Origin: Vitrella brassicaformis CCMP3155
Lineage: Eukaryota; Protista; Chromerida
Direction of reading: 5' to 3'
Length of the DNA stretch: 64,000 nt
Assembly: GCA_001179505.1 (NCBI GenBank)
Contig: CDMY01000318.1
Coordinates: 1 to 64,000, forward strand
The notes under the pieces were generated by a model. That model worked only from the letters and a program-made list of their open reading frames with translations, ran no database searches and was not told the DNA's origin. A program made the position numbers and the translations under genes. Position 1 is the first letter of the stretch; every line of letters begins with the position of its first letter. Shown piece after piece: positions 10,290-21,092 of the stretch.

Positions 10290-12017
10290 ACCCCACACAC
10301 ACTCACACACAGAGACCCTCCGTGCCGTCTCCCTTTTGTGTTTGCGTATCCATTTGCAATGGCAGCCTGTGTTGCCTATGTGTAGTGAGTGGTGTGTGGG
10401 TGTTTCCATGGATAAATGGATGGATGGATGGCTCAGTGCTTTGATGAATTGAGTCGATGCATGGGTATTGCATTGCCGTACGTGTGTTTGGCTGCTGACG
10501 GGCGTGGACGAGCGATGCGACACTTAGCGAGGCAGACCAGACAGACACAATTTTGCAAAAGCGACCGACGGACCGACCAAAACTGTGAAGGAATGATGTA
10601 TATGTATACGTATACGTATATGGATACACGCACCGTTCGTTCGTTCGTTCATCCATGCAGCATGTCCTCGTCCGCTCATTCACACCACCTCAGGTATCCA
10701 GCAGCAGCAACACGCACATCCAACATGAAGATGGGCATGACGATGCCGACATCGCCATGGTCGTCTCCAAGGCCTTTGAAGACAACGACCAAACAGCTCC
10801 TGTCTGCAGCCCATCTACGCAGCTGGCTGTTCTGTCCTGTCCTACTGTACACACACACACACACAGTGTCACATAAAACAGCCGAACAGCCCGCCCCTAG
10901 CCCAGGACGTCGACGCGATAAATGAGATAACACCACCTGGCCCAGTTGTAGACCAGCCGCATAGCTACCGTCCTGCTCCTCTCATCCCGCCCATCCCCCG
11001 GCCGCCCAGTCTGCTCGTCTGCCGCCGCCCGGCTGCCCCAGACCTTGACCAAGAAGACCATCACGTCATCGCTCTCATTCGATGGGGACAGCAAAGTCGA
11101 CCGATCCATAATCTGCAGAGGGACCATGGACAGAAAGGTCTGGTGCTTGGGGGGCATCCATCGATGTGACGTGACCGACCTCGTATCGGGTGAAGTCCAT
11201 CAGGAAGGGATAAAGCGTCTCGATCATTTGCCGGAAGGCCCCGTAGGTCAGCGTGGGACCCACAGGCAGACCTGGACAGACACATGACACACACACAGAC
11301 AGACACCAAATGAGTCGAATCAAGAATGCACACACACACACACACGCACACGACGGTCGATGCTCACCTCCCAGTATCCTCGTCTGCGTCCAATCCATTC
11401 GTTCATCGCTCGACGGCTGCCCATGGAGCGTCTGGCGGCCCGCGTGGTTGGCGGTGAATCGAAAAGCCTCCCTGACGCCGGCATCGTCGGCCGCGTCACG
11501 TCGGTCTCTGAGCGCCCGCATGACGTACTCGACGAGCCGACGGGGCGAGGTGAACTCGGCCGGTCCTCTCTCGCCCACCGCTCCAACTGATCCAACGACA
11601 CAGACAGACACCGCAGACATCATGATGGCAGACATGGTTTCTTCTGTCCCTCACTGGTTGTGCTACCTGGGTCCAGGCCTCTCTTGGCAACTTCGGATCT
11701 GAGTTGCAGAGCAAGATCTTCTTGTCCGTCCTCTCCCATCGCTGCATCATCACCTGACGCGCCGCCTTCATTGGCAAGAGCTGCAGCCGCTCGTCGTTTC
11801 TTGTGCGGCCTGATCTGGGGCAGCAGATTGCAGCGCAGCGACGAGAGGGGCGAGATGAACAACATTTGTGGCCGTGGAAGCCCCTTCGATGGGTCAGTTG
11901 CTGGGCTGTGAGGCATACCAGCCACCGTCAGCATTGTGAGCGATGCGAAGAGTCGGATGGAACCAAAAACGAAGCTGCTGCCTGTCCGTAGGTGTGGAAT
12001 GACCATCCATACCCTAT
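10290..12017. repeat. About 1.7-kb segmental duplication, inverted relative to about 41508-43400 (right part of the dispersed element plus the DUF4864-like gene)
   Basis: Near-identical sequence and translations, e.g. ORF 11620..12006(-) versus 41519..41881(+), and 11075..11635(-) versus 41878..42270(+). Confidence 0.92.
10897..12006 (-). CDS. DUF4864-like/NTF2-like protein with an N-terminal extension resembling a bipartite plastid-targeting leader (copy 1, 4 exons)
   Basis: SPRRLVEYVMRALRD..DAGVREAFRF..GP..YGAFRQMI..YPFLMDF resembles the DUF4864 pattern from memory. The gene ends RVDVLG*. The leader is hydrophobic and then Ser/Arg-rich. Confidence 0.6.
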
Positions 12018-12091
12018 GTACGGGTTTCCCTTCATCGACGCTCCGCCCTCACCCCCCCTCTTGGAATCTTTAGCAGAGTTGGCGGGCCATC

Positions 12092-15000
12092 ATGGACCTC
12101 CTGACGTTGGAGGGCGTTCTCTGGGCCTTCAGCGTGTCGATGCTCATCATCGGCCAGTATCTTATCTACGGCAAGTGCCATCCATCCATCCATCACAGAC
12201 CCGCTCCCCTCCCTCCCAGCCTCACCTCGTGTTGTTCTTTTGCACTGCAAGCTTCCGCTGTGGAGTGTTTGCGGCCACGGCAACGCCCCACACTGGCATT
12301 TGCCCGAATGGTTTTCGTCATCGGGAGGGCTCCTGCAGCTGTTACAAGCTCTTCACGTCGCCGCAGAAGAGCTTCAACAGTGCAAAGATAGCCTGCAATG
12401 TGGCAGGGGCCTCCGGAGAATATGACCACCTGGTAGGCAAGCCAAGAAATCGCCATTCATTCGACGAGCCTTCCATGCATCCTTCGCGTGCAGGTGACGT
12501 TGAGTGACCCTGCCGAGATGTGGTGGCTGCAGGAGTTCATCAGTGGGCAGACTTCATCACACGCCCACGTATGGGTTGACTACAGACGTGTAAGGACACT
12601 CGTGGGATGAATGGATGGCGTCATGTGGCGACGATTGGCCTAGCGTCTCTGTGGTGGCATCAGACCGAGAGTGGGTCGTTCTCGGAGCCCTCTACCCCAG
12701 ACTTCGGGGGCGCCGAGAGAGGTGCAGCAAGATGGCAAGGCCGGACACTGAAACAGAAACCGGACCACGGGTGTCTCCTTTGTGTGCCCTCCCTCGTGCA
12801 GACCGTGAGGGCATCCTGACGCCAGGCAGCTGGACGCCCAGCTCAGAGTACCACCAGGCTAACATCCACGAGGCCGAATGGGAGCCGTACCATCCCCACG
12901 GCGACAGCAATTACGCCTGCGCAGCGATCTACTGGGACGCACATGAGCACGACCACGGACACATGGCGGCTCTGCTCTCTGAAGATTGTTTCTCTTCGGA
13001 GCCTTACATTTGCGAGGTCGAGCCGTCCCCGGCCGGCGAGTGCAGTAACCCGAGAGACATAAATTGCCTTCCATTTGGCGAAGACATTCTTGTGTCTGTC
13101 TCTTTCCTGTCAGCCCCTGCTCCAGCTGTCGCTTTGACGGTGCCTAACGTGAATGATTTCGCCTCGACTGGATCCTTCAGCATCACTGTCAAGTTCTCCG
13201 TACCAGTTGACCAAGGCACGTTCAGACCGGAGCGGCTTGTGGTGCTCGGCACCACAAGTGCTGACGTCTCGGTGGCAGACTGGCCTGAGAGTGACATGAC
13301 AGCCACGGTCACCATCGATCCGACCCCTGCGAAAGGGTTATTTACGCTTATGGCTCTTGAGGGGCTGGCTGATGGGCAAAGCGATGGACAGGGGAGCCTG
13401 CCGTCGATGCCGCTGGTCATTCACAGGGGGTGTCGCATCGACAGACAGGAGTGGTCCACGGCCACTCAGCTGGATCATTACCCCAAGGTGCTCAAGCCTT
13501 TTGACTGCGCACTCAAGTGCCACCACACAAGGCATCCGGTCCACAGAGTCGCCAAACAACAGGGTGCATCTGTGCGTGTATGTGCGTGGTTTCAGCGGCT
13601 GCACTCACTACACAGTCAGGAGTGACTCCGGTGGCTCTTCCTCGAACGGCTGCTACCTGCACTCGGGGACCATCAGCAAGGAGTCTGCTGACGCTGCGGT
13701 CTCTGAACTCCTTTCATGCGGCCCAGTCCACGGTGGGGAGACACACTGGCGTGGACTGACTGCATTGTGTATTGCTTCTTTTGCATTTGATGAGAGACAC
13801 CTACGGTTCCTCTTTGGCACCCACTCCTCAGATGTGGACGAACCTCATGCGTGGATTGCCCAAAACGCCACCTCGTTCAACACGACCTCTTTCAGCGTCG
13901 ACATCATTTTCGACGAGCTGGTCCGCCGATCCGTGGCCGACCTAAGGCGCCTGGTCAACATGACGGCGGCCAACAGCACGGCGTTCGACTACAGTGTGAC
14001 CGACGTCAGCTCGCCCAGGGCCCTGGTGGCCCTGAAGGCTTTACGGGTGGATGTGAACGTCACAGAGGCAGCATTGGAGAACGGGAGTGTGTTCCTGTTC
14101 CAATTCAACAAATCGCATGCCATTGTTGACTTCGCCGATAACCAGCTGGCTGCAGAGAACCGATCGGCGGTCATAGCCCTGCATTATGGTGAGAGAGCCA
14201 GCATACCACTGCCTGTCTGTGTCTTGGTGAGATGCCCGCTTTCTTGTGCAGCCGGCCCCTCTCTGCCATTGAGTGTCTCCACCACACCCGCACCTGTGGT
14301 ACATATGCGCAAATGCGGTGTCAGCCACCGGCCACCTTTGTGTGTGTGCTCTCGGTCAGGTGACGACTGTCATTCCGTCAACCACTCCCAGCCCAACAAC
14401 CACAACTAGGTCAGATGCGAGAGGGCTTGTGTGGGTGGGAGACACAGGCATGAAATGTCCCCCTTTTGCAGCACGACAAGTACATCGCCAACCACCAAGA
14501 GCAGCACCACCAGCACAAATACAACAACGACGACGAGTGATCCCAGCACCACTCCTCCAGTCACGACCACACCCTTGCCCAGCACATCGATTAGCACCAC
14601 CACGATATCGATGCCACCAGATACCAGTTGGACATCGTCAGACAGCTGATCGACAAGAACAGCTGCACCGACATCTACCCCGGCCATCTCAGCAGATACC
14701 ACAAGCGCCATCCCTCCCATCGACCCAACCTCTGATTCCACTAGCCCCTTTCCCGATCTGAGCACGACCACTCAGAGCATCCCGTTGCCTAAGACAGCAA
14801 CAGCCAATGTCTTCACGCTTGATATTGAGGAAGTAAAGAGACACGGCAATGAATTCATTGCTCAAGCCGCATATTTATTTCTCTTGTGTGACTGCTGCAG
14901 GTGACCGATGACATCGATGCCTCGTTCAACCCAGTCGGGATCGACAGTAATGAGATTGAGCAAAGTGTCGAGTTTCTTGCTGCGGATGCCAATGTGACCG

Positions 15001-18000
15001 ATTCGCCCACCAGCGAGGAAGTCAGTGATGCCTTTAACATTCACACACAAAAGCTCAAAGCTGCAGTCACACTGGTCAGCAGGTGACAGGCCAGAAGTCT
15101 CATGTTAACCAGTAAGATGGCCTCCTTTGTCTCACGCAGGCAGGAACAGTTAAACACAAGCCGGTGGAGATTCCCGAAGCCCGTCCGCTGCTCGCATGCT
15201 CGATAGGGAGGGATGACAATGGTTACCCTCTTTCCGTCCTTGCACAAGACATACTCTGCTCCCTGATTGAGGTATGTCCGCAGCCGAAGATATAGGCCAG
15301 TTGGAAAAGCATTGTGGAAGATAACATTGTTCCTTGGTCAGACGCATCGGATACGCATCGAGCGACTTGCCAATATTTCCGTAAACTCATCAGAAGTGCC
15401 CCTGTCAACCGAGGCAGTAAAGGAGGCAGTGGATATCTTTGAGCGCGTAGAGGTCTTTGATCTGCCTGCGGGGCGGCAAGGCGCAGAAGTCTTCGATTTG
15501 CTAGCCAACATAACTCGCTCCACGATGGAGACATGGAAGTCCCAGGAAGAAGATATCACAAAAATGCGGCAGGCTGCACGAAGATCGTTGACCGCTGCCT
15601 CATCCCTCGTAAGGCAGGTCGGCGGGCTGTCAGCAAGCGTCTCTCGAAACGAGACCGTCCGGCTGACTGCTGACATTATTGCCTCAACAAGTCACCTCAC
15701 CGACTCGTATCTGCACTTCTTGGGGGACGGAGAAGCCCCTCTGCAGCTATCGGAAGGGTATGACAGCTGGATGGTCTCATTATCCTCAATTCAGTCACGA
15801 CTGGTATTGGCTGCAGCACGGTGGACATTGCACTGCGAGTTGTGAACAGCTCATCAACCATTGCCCTCGAAATCGCCAACAAAAACGTTTCAGTGGCTAT
15901 ACCAACATGACGATCGACAATCCAAGCTCACAAGGACCTCGAGAACTCCGCAGGCACCTCTGACCCGGCGGAGCTCCAGATTGTAATTCGAGTGCGGTCT
16001 CTGTGCCGACGGCGCAGCTGATTTGGTGGTAAGAAGGGCTGTACTCGGACGCCAGGCGGAACGATACAGCGGACGTGGAGGCAACTGTTAAGAGCATGCT
16101 GGATATGCCAGAGAGGGAAATGGAGACCACATGGGAGGGCAAGGGCGGCACTCTTACTGCTTCAGTAAGGACACAAACAAAGCATCATCAAAAATGCATA
16201 CGCGCCTGTGTCACCCTTCAGGTGCGTCACTGCGGTCAGGATGTGCCTTTGCAGCTCAACAGGACGGATGCCCCCATCATTCTGCACATTCCCGTGCCCG
16301 AGACCGACAGCGACGATCCTCACGGCCTCTTCGGTGATGAATACGGGATTGTCCAGATCGACGGCAAGCTGAAGGCGATGAACAGGACAGAAGCAGTGAG
16401 GCACGGTCGTCACTTCATTGTGAGGAGACAGCTGACGTGTGGATACTTTGACTATATGACGCAGCAGTGGAGCACAGAAGGTACGTAAGTGGCAATTTTC
16501 ACATCAGCCTTTCAGCTTCTGGAGTTCTCTCTCTCTCTCTCTCTCTCGCCCTGTTAGGCTGTTATCACAACACAACGCTCACGACCGATGAGACGATCGT
16601 GTGCCACTGCTTCCACCTTTCGGAGTTTGGGGTGATATTCAGGCAAGCCATCGACTGTATGCTATTGATGCCACAATGCGATAGACGGACTCGTGTCTTT
16701 GTCTCTTTAGGTCGGGAGTGCAAGTTGAAGCAGCTTTGAATGATGTCGGTTCAGCCCTTGCAAACAGCAGATTGGGCAAAGCGATCCGCGACAGCAGTTT
16801 CTCGTCGGTCATCGCAGAATCGCAGCAGTCACTCCAGCGGCTGACGAATACGACAGCATGGGGGAATAACGTGGCCGCCCGCTTCGTTGCCGCAGAAATC
16901 GGGTTTGTCTTGGTTCTCCTCATCCTTGCAGCCTGGTGGGACCGCAGATACAAGTAGGCACAGAGTGAACAGCATGTGACCGGCCACGAGTGCAGTGTGT
17001 GCCCATTTATCCCCTCGTAGGGTGTCAGAAACGGATCTGTTCGACACCTGGATGACCGACCCCTTGTTAGACAGTCGATACCAGTCATACAAGTGGATGC
17101 TGCAGCAGCGGAAGCGATGGCTTGGTTGGTTCCATCGGTGCTGCGGCGGCCAACCCTGCCGGGAGCTCCAACGGCTGTGCAATCGCCTGTCTGGTCGGCA
17201 ACCCACCATTCATGTGACGGAGCTAAAAGCAATCAGGTCAGTGACGGACTGAGGGCAACCACGCCAGATGAGTGATGTGTCTCTGTTCACGTGTCTGCAG
17301 GCGTATACGAGAGCAGGTCATTTTAAGCTTAAGGAAAGGGGACGACTTGCACGTCATTCGCGGCAGTCCTGAAGCGGCCGTCTTTGAGGCCCTTGCCGCT
17401 TCGCCAGCGTACAGCCATTGAAAGCGCTCTCGGTCTCTGCAAGGCGGCGTCAACTCGTCGACACGCAATGTCCTAGAAATGGCTTCCTCTCACAACGTCC
17501 ACCCTCCCACAAGAACATTGTCGTCGAACGTTGTACAACAAAACCAGAATACACAGAGGATTTCTACGGAGTGACAATGCCAGGGAAGAGCCGGCAAAGA
17601 GGACAGCCAGAGGCAGTTCTGACTCCGTAGTGGAAGGCCATAAGAGCGAACGAGGATCCTTCACGAGAGGATCTAACCTTTCCATAAACTCCGTCGCTGG
17701 CAGCAGTAGGAGGAAGAACAGGTGGAGCATAAACAGACTACCGAACCTCTTCCGACCATTGGGGGCAGGATGGACGGTCGAGCTCATCAGGTACGTCTCG
17801 CAAAGGAGCTCATCAGGTACGTCTCGCAAAGGATCTGCAACCTAATTCTTATGTCTTGTTCTCCTGGCAGCTCAGGAATTCTCTCAAACGCAATGCGAAG
17901 CTGCCTCCTCGTTCAAGTGCGGCGGCAGCAAGAAGCGGCGGTGACGGTGCAGCGATGGTGGAGGAAGACCCTCGCCGGCCGTCTGCCGTTTCGTGTTTCA

Positions 18001-20474
18001 TCCTCGTTCGCGAACGGCAAGTCATCTGACAACGCCAAGGCTGGCTCTCCGACTTTCCAGTCAACTGCTATACTCTCTGGCAGCTCCGTCATCTCCGTTC
18101 TGAAGTCGCCGCAGTCTCCCCAGTCGCAAGCCCCCGTGCACCGTGAGGAACGGGAAACCCTAGAGGAGGCAGATGCCGCCGCAGAGCCCGCAACAGCACA
18201 AGAACTTCACTTCCTCAGGCAGAAGTCTGAAACTCAGGACCACGGGAGCCCACAAGTCCTCAACAACGACCTGGAAAGGGCACACACAGCAGATCTCAAC
18301 ACAAGGAAGGTTAAGACGAGGAGGACTGTGAGTTTCTGCGCTGACATGTTGCATTCGGAGGACGATCCGGCCAAGACGCAAGGGAGAGAGATGCCAGTCG
18401 GAGCAGGCACATACACAAGACGAAGGGAGTCCACTGTGGAGGCATGCATGACGGAGGTGAGACGGCCCAGCGGGGGAGACATGATCCCATGGTGAGTGGT
18501 TGTTTCATTTAGGTGCAAAAAGAGGTCGACGCGATAGTGGAGAGGGCAATTAGGCGACACGAATACATAGAATGGAGCCGGAAAAGGATTTTCTTGACGG
18601 TGTTGAGACGGCATCATCCCATCCTCAGGTAGCGACAGGTCTGAGCGAAGGACCCTGCATCTTCCCTGTCTCATGTCTCAGTTTGTGCATTCCCAACCCA
18701 GTGCTGACAGGTATGGCGCATACATGTACATGTCACTTGTCTGCCCGGATTGACACGTGTCTTCGTGTATGTATGCAGCTGTGCAGAGATGTCTCATCGG
18801 CGGTGCGGTGCTAGTGGGTTTGTCAATGATATCAGCCGCTTTCTACTCTTACGAAGATGTATCCAATAAGCATGCTGACGACTGCCTTCTCAATTGTGGG
18901 GGCAAGCTGGGCGACTGGGCAATCACTGCGAGGCGTAAGTGCTCCCAGGTGCCTCTGCACTAACTGACACACAGACGAATCGTGTTGTACTTGCCGTGTT
19001 CTGCAGAGCTCGATATTTTTGTGTCGGCGTTGATTATCAGCAAGCCGGTATAAGTGCGAGAGGCAATCTGTCCAAAGCGGCTTTTTCATTGCCTGTCATC
19101 GCGTAGGTCCCATTCTGTATCTATTTGCTCTTCCGGAAAGAAGTGCCGGTGATCGCTCCCATCGTCAAGCGGCGTGACGATAGGATTGGTTTTCGGTCAT
19201 CGATCACCGACAGCCAGGCATCGGCATCGGCATCGGGCCGTGCCAGCTTCACAGATTCTTTTCGGTGGCCGTTTCGAGCTTCTCCAGACTTCCACAGGAA
19301 TAAGACCCTAGATCGCATGATAAAGTCGAAGCGCTCGTCTATCGACGCGACAGGGCGACATTCGGGGATCTTTCCGCTTGAGATGGTGCGCACGACAACA
19401 CATTTCAGCGCTCCATGTGACTCCCTTCCTTGTTTGTCTCTGCAGAAACTGGATCGGTTGGAGAAGTGGCGCAGGAAGGAGCGGCTTGGCTTCTTGCTTG
19501 CCTTTCTCTGGTGGACCTGGTGCATCTTCTTTATCGTGGTGTTTGTCTTTTCGCCAACGCTCGCTGCTATGGCAAGCGACGAGTTCAGCTCTCCACGGCC
19601 AGTCTATCGAGACTTCGTCGTGACGGCCCTCATCGACGTGATCGGACACCTGGTGCTGCAGCCTATCATTCATTTCCTTATCGTCACGTGTCTCATCGGA
19701 AGCGTGACGAAAACCGGCCTGCTGGACGGCTTTGTTGCTGCCTTTCCACGTTATCTGGACTTTACTTGGGCAGGTGCCCATTCGCCTCAGGAGCTGGCGG
19801 TGCAGCTGCACGTCATTCGAGACGCAAACATCGGCCGGCGTGTTGCGTCAGATGCCGAGTGGGCGCAAGATGAGGGCCTCAAGATCGCCCTCACGGCCGT
19901 CAAGCTGCTCTGCCATGGCCATCCAATAATACTCGAGGATCAGCCTGCCTCGGAATACAGGCCTCCCTTCAGCACCAAAGGTGGTCAGCCTGACGAGAAT
20001 ATGCTGAAATCAGCCAAAGAGGAGGCATCGGAGGTCTCCAGCATGTCGGCGCGTAAGAGGCAGATATTACGATCACTGCCGTACATGTCTTCCAACTACG
20101 AGACGCAATGGTACAAGCCGACCGACCGCGTCCGAGTGTCCATCTCGATCCAAGCAATGAACGACAACGCAGAGCACCCGCCCGACGCCTGTAGCCTTCC
20201 TGCAAAGCGCCCACTGAGACGCCCTCGCCCATTGGCGCAGCCACATGCACTTATTTCCGTGGAAAATGTGGGAGACACAGCTGAGACAGAAAGGTTCCAA
20301 CCACATCTACAGCAGCCGAAGCTCACGGAAGACGACTCGGCTGCGAGTTGGGGGACGACTTTTACCGACGTGAGCCTTGCCCCGCCTGTTGCAGTAGAGC
20401 ACCATCCGTGCCCCGCTTCTATTCCTCACGAGGGCGCTAAAGAAGGGAAACTTGGGGCGATCGAATGGATCTGA
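12092..20474 (+). CDS. Polycystin-1-like / GPS(GAIN) multi-pass receptor: C-type lectin, PAN/apple-like region, Thr-rich stalk, GPS, about 5-6 TM segments, IQ motif
   Basis: CPNGF..CYKLF..SFNSAKIAC..YICE (C-type lectin), CALKC..CTHYT..CYL (PAN-like), Thr-rich 14460-14800, CGYFDYMTQQWSTEG|CY..CHCFHLSEF (GPS), hydrophobic segments, AAVTVQRWWR (IQ). Confidence 0.8.
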
Positions 20475-21092
20475 CGGCCTGTAGCGTCAGTCCGGATGTC
20501 TGTATGCCTGCACGTCTGTATGTCGTAGTCTTGTGACCATCGCAAAATAGAAGCGCAGAAGTAGTGCTGTCAGTGTGCGCATTTCTTTCTTCTTGAGTAG
20601 TCGAATCGGCACAGGACGGTAGACCCCCTGTTGCTGTTGTGTGGGATGCACGTGTCTTGCCGATCGATCCTTCCTAGCACTTTGATTTATCCACAGTGAT
20701 CGATGCGCTGTTTTCTTGATGAATCAACAATCATGTCTCCACTGCGTTTGTCCAGTCTGCGCGGCGGTAGCGGCTGTGTGTGTGACACTCTGTGTGTTTG
20801 TGTGTGTGTGTGTTGGTGGTGGCGGCGTTCGTTCGTTCTTTCTTTTTCAAATTAGTCTTCACCACAGTCTGTCTGTGTGGGAGTGTGCGCTGGGAGCGGG
20901 CTGCGTATGCGTGTGGATTCTCCGTAATAAAGACCATGGATGAGACACCAGTTCGTTGCATGCGTCATTTCATGCAGCACGCAACGAAACGATCGATGCA
21001 CGAAACACACACATATATGATCGATATCCATCGGAAGGCAAAGACTGTACACGTGCACAATCAATATCGGTCACCCACACTACACATCATGA

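Noticed and set aside
3890-10290. Helitron or autonomous transposon
   Set aside because: No Rep/helicase, transposase or RT. The CTAG at about 3903 and a weak hairpin are not enough, and no TSD or TIR could be defined.
10690-10830. Exon-like stretch (HEDGHDDADIAMVVSKAF), also at about 42700-42830 minus
   Set aside because: No start or partner exons were found. It lies in the duplicated 3' region and may be UTR or a decayed fragment.
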